DNA of 64,000 nucleotides, from the NCBI GenBank assembly GCA_965208675.1, contig OZ242351.1, positions 4,512,001 to 4,576,000 of the forward strand, written 5' to 3'. Source of the DNA: Candidatus Poribacteria bacterium (GTDB lineage Bacteria; Poribacteria; WGA-4E; PCPOR2b). A model generated the notes under the pieces. The model saw only the letters and a list, made by a program, of their open reading frames with translations. It had not been told where the DNA came from and searched no databases. The position numbers were made by a program, and so were the translations under genes. Every line of letters starts with the position of its first letter. The first letter of the stretch is position 1. Of this stretch, positions 19,970-29,481 are shown piece by piece.

Positions 19970-22177
19970 CTATTTCACAATCACCATTTGCCTTAACGAC
20001 GTGTAATCACCGGCGCGAAATTGATAATAATACGTGCCGCTTGTGACCCGTTCTCCGCTATGATTGCGTCCATCCCAAAACGCTGCGCTTGCTCTGTCTC
20101 GGTAGACTCCCGATTTCTGATGCCCAATGTCGAGTGTGCGGACAACATGACCGCTATGGTCATAGATGTTCAGCGTCACGAGCGAATCGTTTGCCAACTG
20201 ATACGGTATCCAGGTTTCCGGGTTGAACGGATTCGGAAAATTTTGCAGCAGCGCTGTCCTCTTGATGTTTCCTAGCGTAGTGATTTGACTTTCCAATGGT
20301 TCTACCCCCAACGCAATTAAGGAGGTAAGGTCCCACAGCAACACGGTCCCGTCCAAACTTCCACTGACGAGCGCGCGTCCATTGGAATTGAACGCAACGC
20401 TCCGGACATCGTCCGTATGTCCGATTAAGGTAACCAGGTGTTGTCCAGAATTGGCTTCCCACAGCCGGACAGTATAGTCACCGCTTCCACTAGCGATAGT
20501 TTTGCCATCCGGACTGAACGCAACACTATTTACCCTAGCCTCGTGCCCGGTTAGCGTTCGCAGGTGTTTTCCACTATTAGTGTCCCAAAGACGGATGGTA
20601 GCGTCTGCACTCCCACTGGCGACGGTGCGTCCATCGGGGCTAAACGCAACGCTCCAAACCCAATCCGTATGTCCTTCAAGTGTTCGCAGAAGTCTTCCCG
20701 TAGCTGTTGCCCACAGACGGACTGTATGGTCCCCACCTCCGCTGGCGATACTGTGTCCATTTGGACTGAACGCAACGCTTTCCACTGGCGATGTGTGTCC
20801 ATTGAAGGTGCGCAGCCGTTTTCCGTTATTAGCGTCCCAGAGGTGTATAGAAGTGTCCGCGTTCCCGCTCGCGATTTTCTGTCCATCCTCGCTGAATGCA
20901 ACGCTTATCACCGCCAACGCATTGCCCTTAAGCGTCCGTAGGGGTTTTCCAGTATCGGTGGACCACAGTTGAATGGTATGGTCCCAACTTCCACTGGCGA
21001 TGGTGCCGCCGTTGGGACTAAACGCTACACTAGGAACCACCGATTTGTGCCCTTCTAGGGTTCGCAAGTGGTTTCCCGAATCGGGGTTCCACAAACGAAT
21101 GTATCGGTCATTACTCCCACTCGCAAGCGTATTGCTAATGGGATTGAACGCTACGCTAGTCACCGGCCTTGTATGCCCGGCGATTGTTCTCCGGAGTTCC
21201 CAGGTATCGGCGTCCCACAGACAAATTGTCCCGTCCAAACTCCCGCTGGCGAACATGCCGCCGTCGGAACTGAATGCGACGCTGTCGACCCAATGCGTAT
21301 GCCTGACGAGCGATCGAATGGGTTTCCCCGTATCCACTGCCCACAGCCGAATTGTGTCGTCCAAGCTGCCGCTGGCAATCATGAGTCCATCGGGACTGAA
21401 TTCTACGCAATCGACCATAGCATCATGTCCTAGGAGGGTTCGCAGGTGGTCACCGGTATCGGTGCTCCACAGGCGAATGGCATTGTCGCCGCCTCCGCTG
21501 GCAATAGTCCCGCCGTCCGGACTAAACGCTATACTCCGCACCGAATCCTCATGTCCTTTTACCCTCCAAAGGCGTTCCCCGGTGTCTACGTCCCACAGGC
21601 GAATTGAATTATCCGCACCTCCGCTCACGAGCATGCTGCCATCGGGGCTGAACGCGACACTATGAACCCAGGACGTGTTCCCAGTAAGCATTCTCGAATA
21701 ATCGCCGGTATCGGCGTCCCACAGTCGGATGGTACGGTCTCCGCTTCCGCTTGCGATAATATCCCCATTAGGGCTGAAGGCAACACTATTCACCGGACCC
21801 GTATGCCCTGTGAGCGTTTGCAGGTGATCGCCAGTATTGGCATCCCACATACGGACCGAACGGTCTTGACTCCCGCTGACAAGCCTACTGCCATCGGGGC
21901 TGAACACTACGCTCCAGACTCGACCCGTATGCCCGGTCAACAAGGCGACCTCTTGACGCGTCGCCGGGTTGTAGATCCAAATACCGATGCTGCTAGCCAC
22001 CGCAAGGCGCGTGCCGTTGGGGTAAAATTGTATTTCATTTATCCTGCCTTTACCCAGCCGCGTTTTAGCACCTTCAGGCAAGCCCCATTGGGGAAAATCA
22101 TGCGCGACGCTGTGTGATAGACAAAAAGCGGAAGCGAAAAAATATGCACTTAATTTGAAAAACAACGCTTTCTTCAT
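19970..22177 (-). CDS. Secreted 14-blade WD40 protein with FlgD-like C-terminal domain (paralog 3)
   Basis: Signal peptide, QWGLPEGAKTRLGKG cap, 14 GH...WD repeats and an LLQNFPNPFNPETW domain. Confidence 0.92.
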   Translation of the reverse strand: MKKALFFKLSAYFFASAFCLSHSVAHDFPQWGLPEGAKTRLGKGRINEIQFYPNGTRLAVASSIGIWIYNPATRQEVALLTGHTGRVWSVVFSPDGSRLVSGSQDRSVRMWDANTGDHLQTLTGHTGPVNSVAFSPNGDIIASGSGDRTIRLWDADTGDYSRMLTGNTSWVHSVAFSPDGSMLVSGGADNSIRLWDVDTGERLWRVKGHEDSVRSIAFSPDGGTIASGGGDNAIRLWSTDTGDHLRTLLGHDAMVDCVEFSPDGLMIASGSLDDTIRLWAVDTGKPIRSLVRHTHWVDSVAFSSDGGMFASGSLDGTICLWDADTWELRRTIAGHTRPVTSVAFNPISNTLASGSNDRYIRLWNPDSGNHLRTLEGHKSVVPSVAFSPNGGTIASGSWDHTIQLWSTDTGKPLRTLKGNALAVISVAFSEDGQKIASGNADTSIHLWDANNGKRLRTFNGHTSPVESVAFSPNGHSIASGGGDHTVRLWATATGRLLRTLEGHTDWVWSVAFSPDGRTVASGSADATIRLWDTNSGKHLRTLTGHEARVNSVAFSPDGKTIASGSGDYTVRLWEANSGQHLVTLIGHTDDVRSVAFNSNGRALVSGSLDGTVLLWDLTSLIALGVEPLESQITTLGNIKRTALLQNFPNPFNPETWIPYQLANDSLVTLNIYDHSGHVVRTLDIGHQKSGVYRDRASAAFWDGRNHSGERVTSGTYYYQFRAGDYTSLRQMVIVK

Positions 22178-22243
22178 TGCAACAATCCTCCGTCAGCAGC
22201 CCGATCATAGCGTCACTACTTTTCTCACCTAAACTGTATGACG
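22178..22243. repeat. 66-bp intergenic spacer, duplicated at 24458-24523
   Basis: ATCCTCCGTCAGCAGC...GTCACTACTTTTCTCACCTAAACTGTATG occurs in both spacers, 2280 bp apart. Confidence 0.9.
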
Positions 22244-24457
22244 CTACTTCACAATTAACATCCGCCGCGCCGCGGTGTAATCGCCTGCACGGAGTTGATA
22301 GTAATAGGCGCCGCTTGTGACGGGTTCTCCGTTTAGATTGCGGCCGTCCCAATACGCTGCGCTCTCTCTGTCGCGGTAGACTCCCGATTTTTGATGTCCA
22401 ATGTCGAGGGGGCGCACGATTCGGCCGCTTTGGTCGTAGATATTCAAGGTCACGAGCGCATCGTCCGCCAACTGGTAAGGTATCCAGGTTTCGGGGTTGA
22501 ACGGATTCGGATAATTTTGCAGCAACGCCGTCCGTTTGATGTTGCCCAACGCCGTGATGCGTCTTCCAATCGGTTCCACCTGATATGCACTTGTACCAGT
22601 AAAATCCCACAACAGCACGGTGCCATCCTCACTCCCGCTGGCCATTGTGAGGCCATCCGGACTGAAAGCAACGCTATAGACCAACGACAAATGTCCTTTG
22701 AGCTTTCGCAGGTGGTCGCCTGTTTCAGCGTCCCATAGACGGACGGTATGGTCCCAACCCCAACTGCCGCTGGCGAGCGTACCACCGCCGGGACTGTATT
22801 TTACGCTAAAGACCGGATACGGATGTCCGTTAATCTTTCGAAGCTGTTTGCCCGTATTAGCATCCCACAGACGGATAGTTTTGTCCCCACCCCCGCTCGC
22901 GATGGTGTGCCCATCCGGACTGAAAGCAACGCTCAAGACCGCAGACGTATGTCCCCTGATTGTGCGCACAAGTTTTACTCTATCCGCGTTCCACACGCGG
23001 ATTGTAGAGTCCACACTACCGCTGGCGAACGTGCGCCCGTCAGGACTGAACGACACGCTGCGGACCGGACCAGTGTGACCGGTGAGCGTTCGTAAGTGTT
23101 TTCCCGTATTAGCGTTCCATAGTCGAATGGTATTGTCCTCACTGCCGCTTGCAATCGTATCGCCGCCCGGACTAAACGCAACGCTCCAAATCGCAGACTC
23201 ATGTCCGGTGAGCGTGCGCAAGTGTTCCCCCGTATCGGTGTCCCACAGGCGGACGGTATTCTCCCAGCCATAACTTCCACTTGCGATCGTGCCGCCGTCC
23301 GGGCTGTACGCCACACTATAAATATCGCCCTCTTGACCGGTGAGCGTGCGCAGGAGTTCACCCGTATCGGCATCCCGCAATAGGATGGCGTTATTATCAG
23401 TGCCACTAGCGATAGTGCCCCCATCAGGGCTGAATATAACGCAAAAGACCGATGCCGTGTGACCAGTGAGCGTTCGTAGGTGTTCGCCTGAATCGGCGTT
23501 CCACAGACTGATGGAACCGTCCCGGCTCCCGCTTGCGATGGCGCCGCCATCAGGAGGGTACGCTACACTGATGACAGAATCGGTATGTCCTTCAAGCGTT
23601 TGCAGGAGTTCCCCCGTATTACCGTCCCAAGCTCGGATTATTACTCCGCCCGTACCTGTGATAGTGCTGCCATCAATACTAAACGCTACGCTGAGGACAG
23701 AACTCCCCTCCCCGCTGAGCTTGCGAAGGTGTTTTCCCGTGTTCGGTTCCCATAGACGGATGGTACCATCAAAACTTCCGCTTGCAATGGTACGGCCATC
23801 GGGGCTGTACGCTACGCAAATGACCGGCTCGGCATGCCGCTTGAGAACTCTCAGATGCTCTCCCGTTTTCGAATCCCACAGACGGATGGTGTTATCTCTA
23901 CTTCCGGTAGCGAGGGTGCGTCCATCCGGACTGAATGCAACGCTTTCGACTGAATCCGTATGCCCCTTTAGTTTGCGAAGGGTTTTGCCGGAGTCCGACT
24001 CCCACAGTCGGATAGTGCCGTCCCAACTCCCACTTGCGATGATGCGGCCATCCGGACTGAACGCAACGCTTTCAACAGAATCCGTATGCCCCTCGAGCTT
24101 GCGAAGGTGTTTTCCCGTATCAGCGTCCCATAGCCGGATTGTTGTGTCCCCACTGCCACTTGCGATGGTACGTCCATCCGGACTGAACGCAATACTCTCG
24201 ACCCTAAACTCATGCCCGGTAAACAGGGCAGCCTCCTGATGGGTCGCGGTATCGTAAAGCCAGATGCCAATAGTGCTGGCAACGGCGAGCTTAGTCCTGT
24301 CAGGAGAATACCGAATTTCACTTATCCAGCCTTTGCCGAGCCGCGATCTAGCACCGTCTGGTAAATCCCATTGTGCAAAATCTTGGGCGAGGCTGTGCGG
24401 TAGGCATAGAGCGCTAATCATCAGTAAGCTAAACTTAAAAACTGTTGCTTTCTTCAT
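22244..24457 (-). CDS. Secreted 14-blade WD40 protein with FlgD-like C-terminal domain (paralog 4)
   Basis: Same architecture as the other paralogs, 737 aa. Confidence 0.92.
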   Translation of the reverse strand: MKKATVFKFSLLMISALCLPHSLAQDFAQWDLPDGARSRLGKGWISEIRYSPDRTKLAVASTIGIWLYDTATHQEAALFTGHEFRVESIAFSPDGRTIASGSGDTTIRLWDADTGKHLRKLEGHTDSVESVAFSPDGRIIASGSWDGTIRLWESDSGKTLRKLKGHTDSVESVAFSPDGRTLATGSRDNTIRLWDSKTGEHLRVLKRHAEPVICVAYSPDGRTIASGSFDGTIRLWEPNTGKHLRKLSGEGSSVLSVAFSIDGSTITGTGGVIIRAWDGNTGELLQTLEGHTDSVISVAYPPDGGAIASGSRDGSISLWNADSGEHLRTLTGHTASVFCVIFSPDGGTIASGTDNNAILLRDADTGELLRTLTGQEGDIYSVAYSPDGGTIASGSYGWENTVRLWDTDTGEHLRTLTGHESAIWSVAFSPGGDTIASGSEDNTIRLWNANTGKHLRTLTGHTGPVRSVSFSPDGRTFASGSVDSTIRVWNADRVKLVRTIRGHTSAVLSVAFSPDGHTIASGGGDKTIRLWDANTGKQLRKINGHPYPVFSVKYSPGGGTLASGSWGWDHTVRLWDAETGDHLRKLKGHLSLVYSVAFSPDGLTMASGSEDGTVLLWDFTGTSAYQVEPIGRRITALGNIKRTALLQNYPNPFNPETWIPYQLADDALVTLNIYDQSGRIVRPLDIGHQKSGVYRDRESAAYWDGRNLNGEPVTSGAYYYQLRAGDYTAARRMLIVK

Positions 24458-24523
24458 TCCAACGATCCTCCGTCAGCAGCCAGATCATGGAGTCACTACT
24501 TTTCTCACCTAAACTGTATGGCG

Positions 24524-26737
24524 CTATTTCACAATCACCATTTGCCTTAACGACGTGTAATCACCCGCGCGAAATTGATAATAATACGAGCCGCTTGTGA
24601 CGGGTTCTCCGTTTTGGTTGCGTCCATCCCAATACGCTGCGCTTGCTTTGTCTCGGTAGACTCCCAAGTTTTTATGTCCAATGTCGAGTGTGCGGACAAT
24701 ATGGCCGCTCTGGTTGTAGATGTTCAACGTCACGAGTGCATCGTCCCCCAACTGATACGGTATCCAGGTTTCGGGGTTGAACGGATTCGGAAAATTTTGC
24801 AGCAGCGCTGTCCGTTTGATTTTCCCCAGCGTCGTGGTGTGTTTTTCCGACAGTTCCACCTGGAAAGCGGTTGAAGAGGAGAGTTCCCACAGCAACACCG
24901 TCCCGTCCCCACTCCCGCTGGCAAGTGTGCGTCCATTGGGACTGAACGCAAGGCTTAAGATTTCACCTGAATGCCCTGCACGCACTTGCAGATTAATTCC
25001 CGTATTGATGTCCCACAAGCGAATGGTACAGTCCACACCGCTGCTGGCGAGTATTCGCCCGTTTGGGCTGAACGCGAGGCTTAAGACCCAATTCGTATGC
25101 CCTTTCAGCGTTCGCAGACGCATTCCGGTATCAGTGTCCCACAGACGGATGGTAAGGTCCCCACTTCCGCTAGCGAGCGTCCTGCTATCGGGACTGAATG
25201 CTACGCTCATAACCGAATTTGAATGTCCGTTGAGCGTTCGCAGGTGTTCTCCCGTATCTGGGTCCCATAGACGCACTGTAGTGTCGCGGCTGCCGCTAGC
25301 AATCGTCCCTCCGTCGGGGCTAAACGCAACAACTTCAATCTCGCTCTTATGCCCTATGAAGGTCATCAGCAGTTTTCCGGTATCGGTGTCCCGGAGCCGC
25401 ACTGTACCGTCGCGTCTCCCGCTGGCAGTTGTGCGTCCATCCGGACTGACCGCAACGCAATTGAACCCTATCCCTTGCCCGTCGTGGGTTCGCAGGTTTC
25501 TTCCGGTATTGGTGTGCCAGAGACTTATGGTATCGTCCGCACCTCCACTTGCGATAGTGCGTCCATCGGGACTAAATGCAACGCTATAAACGCTTAATGA
25601 ATGCCCCTTCAGCGTTCGCAGGTGTTTTCCCGTATCGGCATCCCGCAGTCGAATTGTAGGGATTTCACCGCTGTAAGCGATGATGCCGCTATCAGGACTA
25701 AACGCCACGCTATAGACCCCTAACGTATACCCTGTGAGGGTTTGTCGGTGTTTTCCGGTATTGGCGTCCCATAGACGGATCGTAGCGTCGTCGCTCCCAC
25801 TTGCGATGGTGCCGCCATCCGGACTGAACGCTACGGTATCAATTTCATCCTTATGACCTATGAGGGTTCGGCGGTGTTTTCCGGTATTAACGTCCCATAG
25901 GCCGATGGTATCGTCCCTACTCCCACTTGCGATGGTGCGACCATCTGGACTGAACGCCACACTATAGACGGCAGATTCATGTCCCGTAAGCGTTCGGCGG
26001 TGTTTTCCGGTATCGGAGTCCCACAGACGAATAGTCTTGTCCCAACTCCCGCTTGCGATGGTAAGTCCATCGGGGCTGTACACAACCTTTAAGATCCCAT
26101 CTTCATGCCCCCTGAGCGTTCGCAAGAGTTTTCCGGTATCGACGTCCCACAGTTGAATAGACTTATCCCCAATCGCACTAGCGATGGTACGTCCATCCAG
26201 ACTGAACGTAACACTAGCACGCAAACCCCCACCTATTCCTTCCCTGAGTATATGCAGGAGTCCTCCGGTGCGGGCGTTCCACAGACGGATACTGCCCAAA
26301 CCCGCACTAGCGATGGTGCGTCCATCTGGACTGAACGCAATACTAGAAATCCAATTGCTGTGGTTGAGCGTTCGAAAGGGTCTTCCCGTATCGGTGTCCC
26401 ACAGACGGATGGTATAGTCCCAACTCCCGCTAGCAATTGTGCGCCCATCCGGACTGAACGCAACGCATTTGACATAGTATGAGTGCCCGCTGATTAGGGC
26501 GACCTCTTGATAGGTCTCCGTATCGTAGAGCCAAATGCCGATGCTGCTTGCCACCGCAAGCTTAGTCCCGTCAGGCGAATACTGAAGTTCACTTATTTCC
26601 CCTTTACCGAAGCGCGCTTTAACACCGTCGGGCAGCCCCCATTGCGGTGAATCTTGGGCGACACCAATCGTAATCGGTAGAAGAAACAAAACTCCAATCA
26701 ACAGCGGGCACAGCTTGAAAACAATCGCGTTGTTCAT
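24524..26737 (-). CDS. Secreted 14-blade WD40 protein with FlgD-like C-terminal domain (paralog 5, first transcribed)
   Basis: Same architecture, 737 aa, SD GGAGG. Confidence 0.92.
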   Translation of the reverse strand: MNNAIVFKLCPLLIGVLFLLPITIGVAQDSPQWGLPDGVKARFGKGEISELQYSPDGTKLAVASSIGIWLYDTETYQEVALISGHSYYVKCVAFSPDGRTIASGSWDYTIRLWDTDTGRPFRTLNHSNWISSIAFSPDGRTIASAGLGSIRLWNARTGGLLHILREGIGGGLRASVTFSLDGRTIASAIGDKSIQLWDVDTGKLLRTLRGHEDGILKVVYSPDGLTIASGSWDKTIRLWDSDTGKHRRTLTGHESAVYSVAFSPDGRTIASGSRDDTIGLWDVNTGKHRRTLIGHKDEIDTVAFSPDGGTIASGSDDATIRLWDANTGKHRQTLTGYTLGVYSVAFSPDSGIIAYSGEIPTIRLRDADTGKHLRTLKGHSLSVYSVAFSPDGRTIASGGADDTISLWHTNTGRNLRTHDGQGIGFNCVAVSPDGRTTASGRRDGTVRLRDTDTGKLLMTFIGHKSEIEVVAFSPDGGTIASGSRDTTVRLWDPDTGEHLRTLNGHSNSVMSVAFSPDSRTLASGSGDLTIRLWDTDTGMRLRTLKGHTNWVLSLAFSPNGRILASSGVDCTIRLWDINTGINLQVRAGHSGEILSLAFSPNGRTLASGSGDGTVLLWELSSSTAFQVELSEKHTTTLGKIKRTALLQNFPNPFNPETWIPYQLGDDALVTLNIYNQSGHIVRTLDIGHKNLGVYRDKASAAYWDGRNQNGEPVTSGSYYYQFRAGDYTSLRQMVIVK

Positions 26738-26854
26738 TGGAATAATCCTCCATGCAAGCGTAAGGGGTGTGTCTTCTCAATCTCTATTGAGTTATCCCTG
26801 AGATTTGCCGGCGGTGCAAAGTGAACTAGGCTATTAATCTTGGCGATTGTATAC

Positions 26855-26869
26855 GCAATTACCGTGCCA
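26855..26869 (-). promoter_or_regulatory. Sigma54 (RpoN) -24/-12 promoter upstream of the WD40 array
   Basis: - strand TGGCACGGTAATTGC matches TGGCACG-N4-TTGC exactly, about 120 bp upstream of ATG 26737. Confidence 0.8.
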
Positions 26870-27357
26870 CTGGTACAAAATCAGAGGTTTTTAGATTGAC
26901 CTAAGGGCGGGCGTTGAAAGAGATATAGGTTGCGGATTGAAAATGCAGCGATATTCCGACGTCACTGTGTCAATTTCGCTACACCACTGTAGACTTTTTT
27001 GAACGCGTTCCGCACGCTGAATATCGAATCTCAGTAGGAGTTAAAATCGAAAGATTCAAATTACATTCTCTCTTTTGCGGGAAATGTGAGCAGTGTCGGT
27101 AAGGTAATGTGCAGATGGAGTCGTACAATGCGGCCACTATGTGGTGAGGTTAAATTCAAATTGAAGTAGGGATTCAGAGTTCCAATGAACTTTCCAAATC
27201 TGTCGAATAGGACAATACTCGCTGCGCTATTCAAATTGGCTTTGCGCAAAACCTTCACATCGAATTGGTGAGAGAAAACATTCGGAAAACTGCGGCGAGA
27301 ATGGTAGTGAGGAGCGGCATACTTAACCAGTTTTAGCCAGCGTTGACAGACATCTAA

Positions 27358-27580
27358 GAGTCTGTTTAAGTATTAGGCAACAGAGCCATTCTTTGGCGTT
27401 TGAGTTGCTATAACCGGTGGAACTTCTATGGTGCGGGATTTACTTTCGCCATCGCTATTCGCTCAGTCGATCTTATTCGGTCGCTTGATTCCACGAAATT
27501 CCTTACCCTGGCATTGAGCGGGCAAGATGGCCTGCATACAAGGTGCGGTGTCGTACGCGGGGCAAGATGCCCCGCCAACA
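27358..27580. mobile_element. Truncated copy of a MITE-like element (other copy 42708-42960)
   Basis: Starts TAA|GAGTCTGTTTAA and is colinear with the 42708 copy for ~170 bp, including an identical 32-mer (27398-27429 = 42748-42779). No right inverted repeat found. Confidence 0.65.
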
Positions 27581-27642
27581 TGGTTTTGGGGTGTCATTGA
27601 GGTTGAGCTGTGCGGTCTCTTGTAACCGCCGCAGTCGCACTG

Positions 27643-28683
27643 CTATCTTGACGATGGACTCCCCAACTGCTTAATCCACCCCCAGCTCAGCGGCTGCTTG
27701 CCCGCGGGAGAAACGGCAAATTCGACCACAAAATCGGGATCGAACCAAGCGGGTCCACGGTTAATCGATCCAGCTTCTCCAATAACCGGCAGGATAAACC
27801 CATTTTCGTGATTCCCTTTTCCTGCCGCCGCCTTCACTTCGTATATGATAATCTTCGCAGAACCGCCCCCGAATATAATCGTCGCCACCTGCTTTCCGAT
27901 CGGATTCCAGGTTATATCCTGCTTTTCTTCCTGGCTGAATATTTCAAATATGTTTTGCGCTCCGTCTTCGCCAGCTTCGGCGTCCATTACCCACACATTG
28001 CCCGTTCCGTCTCGCCGCGTAATCCATGTAATCCGGTCTCCTTCGAACGAAAATTCCGGCTGAATATCCTCGCCCTTATGATTTGTGTAATTCACCTGGT
28101 TTCCGCCGTCTGAATTCATCACGTAGATGTCTCCGAGCGTCCGACCCCGTTTGGAGGAGAACGCAATCCGCCGACCATCCGGCGCCCAGGATGGCATTTT
28201 GTCTGGGGCTGGGTCGTTTGTGAGGTTGGCAATAATATTGCCGCCGACCGACATTACGTAAATTTCGAGGTTCCCGTCCCGATCAGAAGCGATGGCGAGC
28301 TTTCTGCCGCCAGGGTGCCAGTCGGGCCAGCTATCTACCCCTTCATGATCGGTGATTCGCTTCAGGTTCTTGCCGTCGGCGTCTACGATATAGATATCGG
28401 TATTTTTCTGCGACGTCGCATGGAACGCAAGTTTTCGGCCATCCGGCGACCATTCAAGTCCAAGCGGACGCGGGTCGTCATTATCTGTTGCAATGTTGAG
28501 CAATGCATTCACAGCGCCTTTCCCTTCGGGATTTGTCAAAAAAATTGACTCCTCGCCGGATACAGCTATTGTCGGTTCGTTGGGTGCGACCGCCTTCCCG
28601 CCCATAGGAAAAACGAGGTTGATTAGGATTACCAAGTTGGATAATGCCAAGATTCTCAAAGTGAATAGCGTTCTTTTTTGCAT
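27643..28683 (-). CDS. Secreted TolB-like PD40 beta-propeller protein (copy B)
   Basis: WSPDGRKLAF, P.W.P.GR and S.RDG..EIYVM repeats; tail FAVSPAGKQPLSWGWIK; near-identical to 29482-30528. Confidence 0.88.
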   Translation of the reverse strand: MQKRTLFTLRILALSNLVILINLVFPMGGKAVAPNEPTIAVSGEESIFLTNPEGKGAVNALLNIATDNDDPRPLGLEWSPDGRKLAFHATSQKNTDIYIVDADGKNLKRITDHEGVDSWPDWHPGGRKLAIASDRDGNLEIYVMSVGGNIIANLTNDPAPDKMPSWAPDGRRIAFSSKRGRTLGDIYVMNSDGGNQVNYTNHKGEDIQPEFSFEGDRITWITRRDGTGNVWVMDAEAGEDGAQNIFEIFSQEEKQDITWNPIGKQVATIIFGGGSAKIIIYEVKAAAGKGNHENGFILPVIGEAGSINRGPAWFDPDFVVEFAVSPAGKQPLSWGWIKQLGSPSSR

Positions 28684-28883
28684 AAGCCTTGCCTCCGCTT
28701 TACAATTTAAATTTCACGGCAGTCGCCGTTTACCTAGAAAACTACTGAGAACCAATTGGAATAGGAAATTAACTAGAGTCGAGTGTTGTGCTGTAGCTCA
28801 ATTTCACTTGTACGCCGCACCATTTCTGGTGAGGCATGCAGCAGGTTGAATTATCCGTGTGATTGGCGAACGAACCGGAACGC

Positions 28884-29430
28884 CTACTTAACCCTGCCAA
28901 TTTTGGCGGCTTCTGGCGCCCGCGTCGGCAAATTCTGCTTAGCCAGCTGATCTTCCGGGATATAGTTGGAGTAATCAGAAATTTTACCGTGGGTCAATGA
29001 GTAAACAACAACGTTTGTCATAAACCGATATACGCCTGGAGAGTAGTGCACGGACCGCGTCGGTAGGCTGACCGCCTCCATCGCGCACATATAATCACGG
29101 CGGACCAGCAGCACCGAAAGCTTTTCGCCGACGGAGATTCCTTCAAGGAAATTCCGCTTCGGCGGCTGTGTGCCAAACCAGAAGATATCGAACCCGACCG
29201 GCGGTCCGCCCATCTCGTAGAAGTTGTTATAGACCTCATGGTCATTGGGAATCCGTTCCAACTGATATTCCGGCATCACATAGCGCATTTGAGCCATGAA
29301 TATGCGAACGGTGGCTTGAGCCGCCCGATTTACGCCGCAATCATCGAATATGAGGACTCCCCCCCTGTCCACAAGGTATCGCCGCAATCCTGCCGCTTCC
29401 GGTTCAGTAAACCTGCTGTTCAGCGTAGTG
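28884..29430 (-). pseudogene. 5'-truncated duplicate of the DUF4159-like gene
   Basis: Matches only the C-terminal ~180 aa of 30719-32191 (FTEPEAAGLRRYLVDRGG...PTRAPEAAKIG). Homology ends at ~29430, next to the 3' flank of the PD40 copy, and the TM anchor and start are missing. Confidence 0.8.
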
Positions 29431-29481
29431 TCATATCGCGGCTGTGCTGTGCGGTCTCTTGTAACCGCCGCTGTCGCAACG

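Noticed and set aside
15387-26482. Many + strand ORFs with repeated 'PSGLNATL' (up to 270 aa)
   Set aside because: They are antisense shadows of the WD40 VAFSPDG repeats and have no independent start signals or domains.
14978-26737. ~126-bp periodic DNA repeats as a possible CRISPR array
   Set aside because: The period equals a 42-aa WD40 blade, the repeats are degenerate and in frame, and there are no unique spacers or cas genes.
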